Below, piece by piece: positions 1 to 14,490 of a stretch of 64,000 nucleotides of DNA (its first letter is position 1; every line of letters begins with the position of its first letter). Both the position numbers and the translations under genes were made by a program. The notes below the pieces were generated by a model. That model was not told the DNA's origin. It did not search any database and saw nothing but the letters and a program-made list of their open reading frames with translations. The stretch is from Camelus dromedarius (Eukaryota): the NCBI RefSeq assembly GCF_036321535.1, contig NC_087437.1, forward strand, positions 92,878,001 through 92,942,000, written 5' to 3'.

Positions 1-613
1 CTAGAGTGGAAAACTGAGGTAAAGGTAAAGAAGACTGAGGGGCATAAGACAGTATATAATCACAAGAAGTTACATAATTTTTTGTGAATATATTCTTATG
101 AACAAGAAGACTTCTTTTTTATATCTTAAATAACTATTGTAATAAACATTCTGTTCCATGGATAATTCTTCTTATAATATATGTTAATAAGAATATATTC
201 AAAATTATGTTCTTATTAATATAGTCTTCTCAAACCCTTCTTTTGCATGCTCTCATCTTAGTGGTCAGCAATTAGGAGAATAGGTGGCATCTGTGTGAGA
301 GAAGAAATGGTATAGGGTTGGGAACATCAGAGATAGTAACTGGGAGAAGCACTTGGGAATCTTGCAAAAAGGGGTTAAGAAATCTCTGTTGATTCAGGAG
401 TCAGGAGCAGAAAGAAAGGAAAGCAGATGGAGTTCAAATCTCAATAAAAATTCATTTCTGAGCTCAATAAAAAATAATTTCTGACTCTGTATTATTACAG
501 TAATGCAGGTCTTTAATTTTCTCCATTGTTAACTGGTGTGAACAGAAAAAGGACTATATCTAGTTTTCTTCTGTCTTTCATGTCCAACCTTCTCAAATAA
601 ATGTATGACGTTC

Positions 614-835
614 ATAATAGCTAATATTTATTGAACACTTACTACATGACAAAGTTTTTACTTCATCTTTATAACAACTTTGATGTTGTTGTTATTATGT
701 TATCCTCATTTGATTGGGACAGAAGGATTAAACAAATTGCCCAAAGTTACATTGTTTTTAAAGAATGAAATCAGTATTCAAACCTGGACAATCTGATTCT
801 GGAGTCTGGTTCTCACAGACACTAAACAACTACCT
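614..835 (-). mobile_element. MIR SINE relic
   Basis: Degenerate antisense MIR core (ataatagctaatatttattgaacacttact...aaattgcccaaagttaca...ttcaaacctggacaatctgattctggagtc); boundaries approximate. Confidence 0.65.
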
Positions 836-1297
836 CTGCATGTTGTTATTGTGTCTAGTTTGTCTTCATAACATTCAACTCCTGTCCCACCACTCTACCA
901 ATATTGCATTCTTACAGTCACAAGTAATCTTCTAAACATCAGTTCCTAACATCCTCTTCTTGACTTCTCTATAACTTTTACTGAAGTCTGTTTTGAAGCA
1001 CTTCTCTTAATGTCTGTAAGTATACTTGTTTTCTTCTACCTTTTTCAACACCTCTCCTTTGTCTCCTTTTTTGGCTCTTCTGCATTTGCCCTCTAAGGGA
1101 GGGTTTGTCTTAAGTCTTCAAACCCTAACCCAAATCTACATATAGTACTTTAGTCTTCTTTAGGAATAAGACCCCCTAAGGGAAATTCTCTCAGCAAAAA
1201 CCTGATCCCCTAGTAGAGGTACATATGATAGCTTGCATTCCAGGCACAGCCTAGGGTTGCATGATGAACACACAGATCCCCACAGCCCTGATGCACC

Positions 1298-4200
1298 TTT
1301 TCTTTTTCTAATTTTTTAAAGTGGAAGGTGAGGTCACTGATTTGAGAACTTTTTTCTTCTCTAACACAGCTTTTAAGTGCTATACATTTTCCCCTAATTA
1401 CTGCTGTAGTGGCACCCCACTAAATTTCTGTCATATTGTGTTTTTATTTAGTCTAAAATGTTTTCTAATTCTATTTTGATTTCTTTTTTTAATGAATATC
1501 TTACATAGAAGTATGTTATTTATTATCAACTATTTTTGAATTTTCCAGATATGTTTCTTTTGTTGTTTTCTCATTTAATTTCATTGTGGTCAGAGAGCAC
1601 ACTCTTTATAACTTAACCCATTTAAAACTATTGAGATTTGTTTATTGTCTGTATATAGTCTATCTTGGTAAATTTTCCATGTACACTAAAAGAGTGTGCA
1701 TTCTATTGTTGTGGGATGGAGTGCTATAGCAGTGTATCCCTTAAGTTAGGTGTGTTGATAATGTTCAAATAGTCTATATGATAATATTAATTTTCCATTT
1801 ATTCTATCATATATTGAGAAGGGTATTGAAATTTTTAACTATAATAGTGGATCTGTCTATTTCTTCTTGCAGTTCTATCAGTTTTTGCTTTATGTAGTTT
1901 GAAAATCTGTTATTAAATGTGCAAAGATTTAGGATTATTATGTCTTTTTGATAGATCCTTTCATCATGAAATGACCTTATTTGTCCCTGGTGATATTATC
2001 TGCCTTGAAATCCACTTTGTCTGATATTAGTATAGCTGCTCCAACTTCTTTTTGAATAGTGTTAACATAGCATCTCTTTTGTATGTTTATACATTAAAGT
2101 GAATTTTTTATAGGGAGCCTTACATCTTCTTGTTTTATCTAAGCTGACAATCTCTTTTTAATTGCAATGCACCTATTATATCTAATATGATTATTGATAT
2201 GGTTAGGTGTAAGCCTATCATCTCTTGTTTCCTTCTTGTCCCTTCTATTCTTTGCTCAGCTTCCCTCCTTTTCCTGCCCACTTTTGATCTTGTTATTTTT
2301 TTAAGCAATTCCATTTCATCTCCTTTGTTGTACTATTAGTTATACATCTTTGCTTTGTTATTTAAATGATTATAGTAAGATTTTTTGTATGTATCTTTAA
2401 CTTATCACTGTCTGCCTTCAACTGATTTTATACCACTTAATGTAAGTTAAAAAGTTTACTTCCATTTTTTTTAGCTGTTATGCTATTTTTGATTAATGTT
2501 ACTTACACATTATAAAACACACATTGTGACTATTTTGTTTAGTCAATTATTTTTTGAAGAAATTTAAATTATAAGAAAAAATTCTTAGTTTTTACCCATG
2601 TAGTTATTTTTCTGATGCTCTTCATTCCTACAGGTACATATTTTCATCTGGTATCTTTTTTTCACCTGCCTAAGAAATTTTAAATTTCTTGTGGTATAGG
2701 TCTCCTCAGAATGAATTCTTTCATCTTCGTATGTCTGAACTATCTTTTTGTTGCTTTCATTTTTGAACAATGTGTTCACTGAATATTAAACTCTAGGTTG
2801 TCAATCTTTTCTTTCACATCTTTAAAGATGTTGCTCTACTTTTTGGATTTTTTCCAATGAGAAATCTGCTGTCTTCCTTATTTTTGTTTGTTTACACACA
2901 CTATGTCCTTTTTCCTGTGGCTGCTTTGAAATTTTCTCTTTATGACTGGTTTAAAGTAATTTCATTATAAAGTGTGCTGGTGTTGTTTTCTTTACATTTT
3001 TTGTGCTTAAGGCTCATCTAACTTCTTAGAATGTGTTTAATTTTCATGAGATTCAGAAAATTTTGGCCACCATATTTGAATGTCTTCAAATTTTTTTGTG
3101 TCCTCCTTCCTTTTCACTACCTTGGGGATCCAATTACACATATAAAAAGTTGCCTGAAGTTGTTCCACAGCTCACTGGTGTTCTTTGTATTCTTTTTTTT
3201 TTTTTTCTGTTTTAAATTTTGCATAGTTTCTATTGCTATTTCTTCAATATCTTAAATTGTCATTTCAGACATTATACATTTCATCTCTAGCAGTTTGATG
3301 TTAGGTCTGTCTCATATCTTCAATATTTCTCCTTAAGTTTTTAGACATATGTAATCCAGGTAAAATAACTGTGTTTATGTCCTTGGTTCTGCTAATTCAA
3401 ACACCTGTATCAATTTTAAGTCAGTTTTGATTGATTGATTATTCTCCTCAATATGGATCAGGTCTTTCTGCTCCATTGCATGGCTGCAGCAAACTTTTGA
3501 TTGGATGCCAGAACTTGTAAATTTTACTTGCTGAATGAATGTTTTCATATTACTATAAATATTCTTAAGCTGCCTTCAAGTAAGCAGTTACATTATATGG
3601 AAACAGATCCTTTAGGGTTTTGCTTTTATGACTTGTTAGTTGGCTCCAGAAAAGTACCCAGCATAGAACTAATTATCCACATCATTGAGACAAGATCTTT
3701 TGGAGTACTCTCCCCAGTGCTACATAAATTATGAGTTTTTCTAGTCTGGCTGTAGGGAACCAGTACTTTTCCTGGCCCTGTGTGAATATTAAGCATGGTT
3801 CCATCTTTTGAATGGTTCTTTCACAGCCTCTGGCAGTTTCCTCAAATCAAAACACTGATCAGTACTCTGTGGAATACTCAACAGGGACTGTCTAAATGGC
3901 TCTAGGTTATTTTTCTGTGCAGTTCTCTCCTTTATGGTGTTGTGCTATGAATTCTTGCTTGCTTGTTCTCTCTGGACCTCAGCTTCCACCTCCTCAGGCC
4001 GGGTTTTGCCTGTGTTCCTCTTCCCTGAACTGTGGCTTGGAAATTCTCTCATGGCAGTAAGCTAGGACATTTATAGGGCTCACCTCATTTGTTTTCCACC
4101 TCTTAGGGATAACCTTGTCTGGTTGCCTGATGCCCAACACTTTGATTTGGTATTTTTGTTGTTGTTTCGTACAGGATGGTAAATCCATTCCTTATTACTC
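1298..4200 (-). mobile_element. Ancient degraded LINE-1 (L1M-type) spanning 5' region, ORF1 and ORF2 endonuclease remnants
   Basis: T-rich antisense L1-like text (ttgaaatccactttgtctgatattagtatagct; ataatagtggatctgtctatttcttc); reverse complement near 3120-3143 reads ICVIGSP, resembling the ORF1 NIxxIGVPE motif; no intact ORF. Confidence 0.7.
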
Positions 4201-5859
4201 CATCTGACCTGAAGCTGAAGTCCCAGCTGATCTCAATGAAGATGGGTGATAGGAAGATTAAGAAACCCTCTGCATAGTTCTTCTGTAGAAAATTCAGCTT
4301 ATGGTAAAATACTGAACCAAAGTTTCTTTCTACATACACATACATATGTATATCTTTTTAACTTAAACTACATTCCCCCTACTCTGAGGAAGTATCGATT
4401 TTAATGAGCAAGAAATTCTATTCCAAATACTGTTCACTAATAAAAAGGAAAAAGAAAAAAACAAACTTAGATACTGCAAGAGAATCTGTCATTTAATAAG
4501 TGTGATAACTTCACAAAAATGTGTACCTCAAATCCAGTCTCTACAATCCTTTAATATTAGAGCTATTCTTAGATCTTAAAAAATTTTCTGACTTCATCCT
4601 ATTAAGGAAACGTTTCAACCTTGCTCTGTCAAACAGTTTTTTAAATCAAAAGTATGATATAACTAGTAGAGTATTGAGTCAGTTGAAATGATAAACACTC
4701 TCATGAAATAATTTACTATGGTTGGCCTAGGAAACATTACCTTCCCACATAATAATTAATTTAGGAAGTGTTCATAAATGTGGGTAAGCAGGGATATCTG
4801 CAAAATTAATTATCTCTAAAAAAGTTCTCAGAAGAAATTTTGATATAGGTAGGTTTATACCTAGATTGTTAATTTTATGTAAGAACAGAATCTTTGTTAA
4901 AAAAAAATCCTTTAATATCAGTATCAAGTAAATAACCTTGGTTTCACTGCATTATCTTTGAACATTGTGAGTATTTTCAAGTTTAAAAGGCATTATTATA
5001 ATTGCTAATAAAATAAAAAGAAAATCTTGAAAATTAGGAAACATTTCTAGAAGAGATGGAAACATCTGAATGAAAATAGATGAAAGCCAATAGTGGAAGA
5101 ATTAACTCAGATTAAAAAGCAATTTCAAAATATTTGATGGCTTAAGTGACTCAATACTGTGAATATTTTGTATGAGCTACTAAAATGAAATAACTAGTTA
5201 GATAAGAATGAGGAGTTTGTATTAAAATTGTTTTAAAAATCTAATGGTATACGGAAAATTATCTCAAAATGAGAAAAATAAATTCTTAAAATCTAGGTCA
5301 TTTATTTGTGATTTTCCGTATTTCCTGAAGTTCTGTGCTTTAAACTTGGTACATCATCTAAAGACAGTCACTTTTTTTACTCAAGATCAAGTTATCGGCA
5401 AAGTACAAAATGGTAATTAAAAATTTCTAGTTCAGTGCCAGGCACACATTGTTCTTCTAATGAATCAGATTATCTCAACTTTGTAAGGATTAATTAGGTA
5501 CTTGTAGCAGTTCCTTTAAATTTCTCAGAACACTATGCCACCAGATAACTAAGTGGCAGCCTTGTAAATTCAAAGAGTTAATATAAGCTCAGAGAATCTA
5601 TCATACCTAATTCCATTAAAGGAGTCAGAAATTTTTGATTAACTATGCCATTATTAAACTAGTAGCATATATTTTCATTTAACATGAAGGTTTGTGTAAG
5701 TACTAAACAACACTGGGAAAAAAGGGGGAAAATGGAATATTGCAATATTATTTTCTTTTAGAAAAAAATTAAAGTTATAGAAAAACAGTTTTTGAAACCT
5801 GCATGTATTTTTCTCCAAAATCAACAAATATTAATATTTTATCATAGTTAACATTATAA

Positions 5860-7330
5860 ATATAAAAACAATTATTTTGGAACAATTTTAGACTTGTAGA
5901 AAATGTCCAAAGACAGCACAAAGGGTTCCCATGTATCTTCACCCAACTTCCTCTAATGCTAAAATCTTGTATGAGGACATTTACCAAAAGTAATAAATTA
6001 AAGGTGGTACAATACTATTAATAAAACAAAATTTTATCAATATTTCATTTTTTAAATTCTAGAATTCAATCCAGGATACCACTTCACTTTCAATCATCAT
6101 ATATCTCTTGTCTTCTTCAATTGGTGATAGTTTCCCAGTCTTTTCTTGTTCTCCATGACGACAATTTTTAAGAGTACTCAGGTATTTTGCAGAACACCTT
6201 CGATTTGGTTTCGTCTGATATTTTCTCATGATTAGGAATTCTCAGCGGATTTGGGGGAAGACTATATCAGAGGTTAAGTGTGCTTCTTATCACATCATAT
6301 CAAGGGGTACACAATATAAACATGTCTTGTCACTGGTGGAGTTAACTTTGATTACTTGGTTAAGATGGAGTCTGACAGGTTTCTCCACTATAAAGTTCCT
6401 GTTTTTCTGCTTTCCATATTCTATTATTTGAAAGCAAGTACCTAAGTCCAGCTCAATTTCAGTGGAAGAGAATTAAGCTCTACTTCCTTGAGGTGGGGGA
6501 GGCTCTACATAAATTATTTGGAATTTTTCTGAAGGAAGATTTTCCCCTTCTCCCCCACTTACATGTTTGATCAATTATGTATATTAGGATATACCCACTG
6601 ATACTTACTTTACTCTTTGGGGTTATAAATACTACTACTATTAAAAAGTCCAACCCTATTATTTATTTTGTAGCTCAAATGATTCCTGCTTGGAACATTT
6701 GAGGACTCTTTCTGGTTGACTTCCCTGAACTTCTAATGTGCCCCCACATTCTTTTTCTTAAAAAACACTATTTTACCTTCTGGCACTGTAAAATGCTCCA
6801 GGCTCATCTTGCATTTCACTACCCATCCCCTGAATCAGCCGTTTCTTCAAGAAGCCCTGTGTCTTTCTACCGGGGAATGGTGTTTAGAAACTAAGATCTG
6901 GGGGCTGGGTATGCTTGTTGTTACTGGGGTGTCACTGCTTCCCTATCCTCTCAGCAGACAGAGCTAAGGAATGTATTATACAAAGCAATGTATACACATT
7001 TTTTTTAACATTTATCTGTGCATGTGTGTGCACGTGAGTTCATATCCCTATCTCAAGCACTACAGGGCTTATGCTATCTTTCCTCCAACGCTTATTTAAC
7101 TTCAATCTCTGACAGCCAGAAACTGGCTCCCATTATCCGCAATTTATTTACTTATTTTTTCAGTTGTAGTACACGCAGAATAGTCTAGCAGAATTGCAGA
7201 ATACCTAGCCCATACTCCCGTGAAAACTGAATTTAACAACTAGAGTACAGTGTTTATGTACAGTTCTTTTTTTTTTTTAAGCCTTACAGTGCATAGTCAA
7301 AATAGTGTTTTCCAAAGTTAACTTAGGTCA
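5860..7330 (-). mobile_element. Old L1 3'-region fragments (L1MC/ME-like)
   Basis: Resembles old L1 3'UTR consensus text (ttttggaacaattttagacttgtagaaaa; tggtgtttagaaactaagatctgggggctgggtatgct); subfamily and limits uncertain. Confidence 0.55.
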
Positions 7331-8356
7331 GGTTCATTTTCTTCTCTAATAATTTAGTTTCAAAGAGAATTTTCTGGAAAAAAAACCTCCTACAATTATA
7401 GGCTATATGGAATTTAGAAATGTAATGTTGTAAAGGTTCATTTTGAAGATGCTGTCATTAATTTTTACAGAAGCAGTCTTCTAAAGCATTATAATCTATC
7501 ATTATTATAAGCCACCCACCCCAATATTATCAGAGCTCTTTGTCCTTTGAGTGAGGCAGTAAGAGAAGCCTCCTATTGGGGTAGAGGGAGAGTTGGGAAG
7601 GTTATCTGCTGTGACTTTTATTAGATATAGTCATAATAGCTCAACTTCGCCTCTTCCCCCCTAAATTAACTGAGTTGCCTTGGACCCTTCTAGTGTTGGT
7701 CTTGATATTACCGTATTTTGATGTCATATCTTCCCAATCATATTCTTTTACATATATAGTAACATGAAACTGAGGTTGTAAAAGTGACCTGCCCAAGGTC
7801 ACATGGCTTATAAATGACAGAGCTTGAGACTAGAATTCTGCCATGTTCAAAGTCCAAAATAAGAAAAATTGTTATTTTCAGGTTAAAACTTGACGTCCTC
7901 CAGCAGAATACCGTATAGCTAGGATTATGGCTAAAGCACCAGATTATTTTGCTTTAGTAAATAGGCATTTTATAGTCTTTTGAATCATCCTTTGCCTGTT
8001 TCTTTTTTGTCAACAGGCTCAACCTATGCAGCTCCAAAGACATTTCTATCAAAGAATATGTAACACAGTAACGTCCTAGATAACTTCCCCATACTTTACA
8101 ATTTGTCTTTGAATAATTTGGCATGGTCATCTTGCAATGTAATTTTGTTTTGTTTTGTTTTGCAGTGCAATTTGAATAGATTAGCATCTATGACAACAAA
8201 GCCCTACTTGAATAATTTAGTTTTGACCTTGAACATGTAAAATATAAATTATAATTTTATTATTAAAATATTTCAAGTCAGTGTAATTCTTTTTTTAAAT
8301 GAGAATTTTGGAGTGTCTAGTATGTACTCATCAGGGCATTTGCACAGATAAAGAAT

Positions 8357-8390
8357 TTTGTGAGAAGAGTTCTCTCACTCTTCTCACAAA
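8357..8390. repeat. Perfect 14-bp inverted repeat with 6-nt spacer
   Basis: tttgtgagaagagt-tctctc-actcttctcacaaa. Confidence 0.95.
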
Positions 8391-8391
8391 G

Positions 8392-8675
8392 TGCTAAGCT
8401 TATCAAACTTTCAGTGATGAAGGAAAAGTTTTTTCCCCAACAATCAGTCATGGGTAAATAGTTTCATTAAATAAAATTAAAATAATTTTTTAGAGAAATA
8501 AAAATTTCAAAATGCCAAATACAAGCACAATTTTAAAATATTTTTAGATATAAAATTACTCAAATTGATATTGAAGTTTCTAAACACTTTCTCTCAATTC
8601 CTTCATTTTTCTCTTTGAGGACTGGTAACAAGCATTTGTTTACTAACATTGATCAAAGGAACACATTAGTTCCTG
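8392..8675. mobile_element. hAT/Charlie-like DNA transposon relic
   Basis: Colinear similarity with 37838-38158 (cagtgatgaagga...tataaaattactc...aagtttctaaacactt.ctctcaatt...ggactggtaac); family name inferred. Confidence 0.45.
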
Positions 8676-8894
8676 GTGAAAATATTCCTTTAGAAAAACC
8701 TCAGCTCAGTGTTAGTGTCCACCAGAATCCAGGTTAGAGTTCACTGACATAACAACACTTTTTTTCCCTGAGAGTGTGCCAACAATCCTCAAGGTCTTAA
8801 TACCTTACTTTTGTACTTATCTAGATTATTACAAAGTGTTGTGTATGGAACATATCATTCTCCTTTGCTATTGTTTTGCCTTTGAAGAAATCTA

Positions 8895-9125
8895 AGTGCT
8901 AGCATTTACTGAGTGATTAGTACATGCTGTTCTTATAGTTATTGAGCCATTTAATCCTCTCAATAAGAAAACATGCATTATTATCATTCCCACTTTACAG
9001 AAATGGCAACTAAGGCACAAAGAGATTAACCTGCCATAGGCACACAGTAGTGAGTGACAGATTGAGATCTAAACCCAGACAGCCTGGTTTCAAGGTCTGC
9101 GTCCATAACAACAATATCATACTGC
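8895..9125 (-). mobile_element. MIR SINE relic
   Basis: catttactgagtg...catttaatcctc...ttacagaaatggcaactaaggcacaaagagattaac...ctaaacccagacagcctgg. Confidence 0.7.
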
Positions 9126-9555
9126 TATCCATGGGAAAAAACTATCTGGGAAAAGCCTTTGTAGTTTATCTAAAATTGGATTCCAAGTACATTATTCAAA
9201 ATGTATTCAATATTTATCTTTTATAGAGCCCTTTCTAACTAGAAAAAGCAACCCAAACTTCAAAAAACTATACATACCTAATATCGTTCCTTCTTTGCTT
9301 TTGCTACTAGGAATCTAAGAACTAAGTCTGAGCTTAAATGTTATGGATTTTCTCCACTCTGATTTGTTGTTTTCTGTTTCTGTCAAGTATTATTTCACCT
9401 ATCACAAGTATTTTTATTAGCCACCTCAAATCCCTTTTGTTGAATAGGTGGTATATATGTAAGCCAATTAACATCTTAAAATAATTCCTCTGCTGTGTGA
9501 TTTGCAGCTTCCAATCTGCAATCACTGAGAACTCATTAAGAAAAACTGAATAGAC

Positions 9556-10012
9556 CTATTAGAATCCTAAGGCTGCCAAAACAAATTACCACAAACTGCG
9601 TGGGTTAAAAGAACAGAAATTTATTCTCTCACAGTTGTAGAGGCCAGAAGTCTGAAATCAAGGTGTTGGCAAGGTCACATTTCTTCTGAATATTCTCAGG
9701 ACAATCTGTTCTTTGCCTTTTCTAGCTTCCAGTGCCTGTTGGCATCCCTTGACTTGCGGCTGTATTACCAGGATCTCTGGCTTCATGGTCATATTGCCTT
9801 CACTTCTCTGTGACTATCTCCTCTGCAGGTCTCTTCAGAGTACGCTCATTGGATTTAGGACCCATCCAGAGTATCCGGATGAGCTTCTCATCTCAAGATC
9901 CTTAACTTAATTACATCTGCAAAGACTTTTACCCTCAATAAGCTAACATTCACAGGTTCTGAGGATTAGGACATGGACATATCTTTTTGGGGACCACAAT
10001 TCAAGCTATTAT
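9556..10012 (-). mobile_element. MaLR solo LTR (MLT1B/C-like)
   Basis: ggctgccaaaacaaattaccacaaactg...cagaaatttattctctcacagt...gaagtctgaaatcaaggtgttggcaagg...ggggaccacaattca. Confidence 0.8.
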
Positions 10013-11619
10013 ATAATAGGTGATGGGAGTGGGAGGTGTCTTCCTATAAGCACACTGCAAGAGGCTTTGAGACTTAAGTTTTATGTGATGAAAGGTCCCC
10101 CTTCCCCTCCATTTCCTGGCTCTTTGCTTTGCTCTGGACTGGCAAAGTTTGCCAGAGATCTGAGTGTCATTCAGGTAAACTTCATAGATTCACAGTGTTT
10201 GAAATATTGCTTGCCTAATTTTTAAGTTTTAAAATGAAAAAAAAAAAACCTCCTACATTTATCCTTTATATTCATCTTTCTGAGAGGCAGTACAAAATAG
10301 TTTGCCTAGACCGTAGAAACCAATGCGTTATTATTATTAGCTTTTATTCCAAAGAATTGTTGTATCTTTTCAGAATACTTCCATTATGATAAGCTCAGCT
10401 ATCTGATCCTTTCTTACAAGATTTTGCCCTAAAAAGTTTGTAAAACTTTCACATAAGGAACAGTTGAGAAGTACTGAAAATTTCAGATATCAAATAATCA
10501 CTAGAGAGTATATAAAGGCATAAAGGATGTCTGTAACTGAGTGAAATAAAAATTACCATGGGTAGGTCTGAGACTAAGGGAAAAGTTCTAATGGAGAGGA
10601 TAAGATGCTCAGAGGATGTCACAAAAATTAAGAGACTTCCACCTTAGGTCACTGGTTCTAATTCAACTTACAAGAAAAGTAATTGAAAATCACTATCATC
10701 TAAAAACAATTAAGTGCCATCTCTGGAAAAGTTGTCTTACTCTGGTTTCCAGGTGGTAGCAATCACCATCACATTGAACACTCACTACTTAGCCATCTAA
10801 ATAGAGAGGTTAGAGGATGAACGAGTCTGAAGACAGGATAAACTTCTCTTCCTTCAGGGTCCCCTGGGAAGGCTTGGCAGGTGGTAGAGGGGACATTTGG
10901 CTGGTCACTGCCTTTGCTGAATTTAATCCAGAAATCAGTGGATGTCAGTTTGGAGACTGAGATACCGACACTTGCCAGCCATTAGACCCACCTTTTCAAA
11001 GGAGAGCCTTTAGTTACAGTCTTATGCAAGATAAAATTTTAAACTACCTTTAGGAGGTATAATTTACATACCATAAAGTTCACCTGTTTTAAATGTATAA
11101 TTCAAAGATATTCTGTAAATTTATAGAATTGTATAACCATTGCCTTATCAAGTTTTAGAATATTTCAGTGGAGAAATTTGAAGGAATATATATCTAACTA
11201 AATTCCATTATTTCAAAGAAAATAATACCTATAGTGCTAAGGGGTGGGGAGAGAAAGAAAGAAGACAAATAATAGGATTTCAAATTTTGATTAAACTTTA
11301 ACATATAATATTAACACAACTCAATGCTATTTGAGCTGTCATTATTTAAATTTTCATTATGAATTGTCTAATATTGTAACTTAATAGATCATGTCAGAGT
11401 TCTTTATACTATCATAATGCTTTAATATAATGCCTTAAAAATAGTTGGCATTCAAATATTAAAATTACCCATCCTCAAGTTTCTTCCACATTTAAGTATT
11501 TCACATCCAGAATCACTGAAAAAGTTTAAATATTAATATGGAGAAATCTGAATGTGTATGGATATAGGGATGGAAAAGCCTCATCTTTCCTCCTAAAGTA
11601 AGTTCATTATCCATTGACA

Positions 11620-11810
11620 ATAATAATAGCTAACACAAATAACGTTTACTATATGATAGGCACTATCCTAAGAACTCATTAAGTGATTAAATGTTCTTAT
11701 TTAAGCCTTGCCACACTTTGCAGTTAAGAAAAGGAGGCACAGGGAGGGAAAGTAATTTGTCAAGGTTATTTTTTGAGCTCACATACCCAGCCTATCAAGC
11801 AACGAATAAA
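11620..11810 (-). mobile_element. MIR SINE relic
   Basis: ataatagctaacac...tactatatgataggcactatcctaag...ggaggcacagggagggaaagtaatttgtcaagg. Confidence 0.6.
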
Positions 11811-13304
11811 AACTTAACATGGGGCCACATGGCACTATTTCAGGTGTTTGATATCCAGACTCAGTTGTGCTCTCACCATTATTTAGGAATCTTTCCGCCC
11901 TTGACTTGTTGTATCTCACAGTGGCTAGACATCTTTATTACCTCAAAATCTGTCGCAACTTTATATTCCTTTCTTTCTGAATAGATGAGAAAAAAGTGAT
12001 TAGGAGTTCCAACTCTTGAGAGATTCAATGGGACAAGAGCTAAAAACTGCCCATTGAGTTTAACAACTAGGTGGTTTTGGGTGTTTTGGAAAGAGGCATT
12101 TCAACAGAGTAGAAACATAAGTCAGCCCACAGTGTGTTGAACAGTGAATGAGATAAATCTCTCAAGAACTTGGCAATGAAGACACAGGAGTGTTATGGCC
12201 AAGGGAAAAATTGAGAACTGAGGGCAGGGCTGCCACTCACCTTTGTGGATTAGAAAGAAGTGTCTTCTCTTGGTAGGCACAGTCCTAAGGATTCATAGCC
12301 TGAAGAGGGAGAGGCACCTTTGTGCAAAGGAGATGGTTCTTCTTCCTCAGGGCAAATGCCCTCATTTGCCTTCTTGGTTGAGTATACTGTATATAGTGTA
12401 TAGCCTGTAAAATTGTGGTTGCCTTGCATGAGAAAGGGTTTTTAGTGAAACTAGTTCCTACAGTTATTTTTATTTACTTAGCAATCTGGATGTAGGAATG
12501 GAGAAGGCAAATTCACTGATTCTAGGTTGAGGTTTTGCCATGTAAACATGGTAAGATCAATTACAAGGGGACAAAAGAATTAATAATACTGGCAAGTTTC
12601 ATGGGTAGTGGGATCTAGAATAGATAGCAAAGAAAGATGTGGCAGACATGATTATCTATCCTTCTTATTCCATGCCAGTTGCATCACCATTTTATCTAGA
12701 TGTTGAATAGCAATGCAGTAAGGGAGAGTGGACCCAATTCAAGCCATGAATCACAATTAGTTTAAACCAATCACGGTAGTCACATTCCTCTATTACAGTG
12801 GCTTTAGTGGTGGGTATGCAATCTAGCTCTACCCAAGGAGATATGAAGGAAAGTTTTCCCTTAAACAAAGATACACAGTATAAACGTACAAGTTCATTTT
12901 TCTTTCCTTTAGATGTGGTGGTACGAAGAAGTACTGCTAAGAGCTGCAGCAGCCACTTTTTGACCATGACAGAACAAAACTGAGGTCAAAGCCTACATGA
13001 GGAAATGAAAGAACCAAGGAATCTTGAGTTGTCGATGACATTATTAAAGATAAAAGGGTTATTATCATTCTAGTCTTTCTAAAATTTCTCCTTTGTCTTC
13101 GCAGAAACCACATTCTCCTTTATCACTACTGATGCTTTTTACTTAAAAGTTACTTATTTTCTACTTCTCTCTTGAGTTTGGTCACAGATCTCTGGTTTTT
13201 CCTTTCTTTTTTTTCTCCTAGTAATTTTCAACAGGGGTGATACGTTAGTTTTAAAGAGTAAATTTTATATTACTCATACCTTAGAAATTATTTTTTGATA
13301 TTTT

Positions 13305-13535
13305 AAAAACAGCTTTACTGAGCTACAATCCATGTACCATGCACTTAAAACTGTACAATTCTAGTAGTTTTGAGTCTATCCACAGAGCTGTACAACCATG
13401 ACCATAATCAATTCTAGAAAATTTTCATCACCCCCAAACAAACCCTCTACCCACTAGCAGTCACTCTGTATTCCCTTCAGCCCTGGGAAACCAATGTTCT
13501 ACTTTTTGTCTCTATAAATGTACTTATTCTGTGAA
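13305..13535 (-). mobile_element. Old L1 3' end (L1MB-like)
   Basis: acagctttactgag...tcacagagctgtacaaccatgacc...ttttcatcacccc...tctactttttgtctctata. Confidence 0.65.
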
Positions 13536-13599
13536 CTTTATGACAACTGGGATTTATATTGCTCATCACTAATCCCTAGTTCCTAGAAAACTTGCTCTC

Positions 13600-14490
13600 A
13601 CAGGGGATTTCAATAAATACTTGTTCAGTAGTGAACAAAACAGAAGAGGTCCCTGCTCTCTTGGAGTTTACATGCTAAAGGGGAAGATCAATAAATAAAA
13701 GAAAAGAATAAACACCTAAATTTTAACTCTTGCATAGGAGAGAATGCACTGTAATAGAAGATTCTGAGGCAGCTATTTAGATAGTGGAATTAGAAGCTTC
13801 TCAGCAATAAGTTGACATTTATGATGAGACCTCCATGAATGCTGGGGAGGAAACAGCTATGGTAAGTGAATTCCCAAGAGAGGAGGGCAAGTAAAGTCTC
13901 GGAGGCTACACAGAGCTCAGTGACTTTCAGGAAAGCCAGTGTCCACAGAATACTAAACCCAGAGAAGGCTGATGAAAGCGGTGGAAAGGCAGTCAGGGAC
14001 CAGGTTATGGAAGCCTTGTTAGAGAAGAGTAAGGAGTTTATATTTAGCTCAAAGTAACTGGCATGTCATTTAAGTTGTATGATTTATTCCTTGTGTAGAG
14101 CTTACTATTCAAACTGTGCTTCCAACCTGCAGTGGCAACATCACCTCTGAGCTTGTTAAAATTGCAGAATCTGAGGCACCACCCAGAACAAAAAAAGAGT
14201 CTGTACGTTTAACAAGATCCCCAGGTGATTCATATGTACATTAAAACTTGAGAAACACTAGAGAATGGATTAGAGGTGAGAAAGAGTAGAAGAGGATGTT
14301 AGTCCAAATGAGAGAGGAAGGCCGCCTGCATGAGTGGTAGCAGAAAAGAAGAGCATACTGATTCGGATACACTTGGGAGATACATGGTTTAGGATTCCTA
14401 GCCAGCTAAATAGAGATTTCAAAATAGACAGGTAGTGATACAAACCTGGATTTCCGAGGAAAGTTTAGGATTGGACATATAGATCTGTGG
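13600..14490. mobile_element. L2 relic interrupted by a MER5A-like hAT MITE (~14105-14260)
   Basis: L2-like gtccctgctctcttggagtttacat...; MER5A-like catcacctctgagcttgttaaaattgcagaatctgagg...tttaacaagatccccaggtgattcatatgtacattaaaacttgagaa. Confidence 0.6.
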
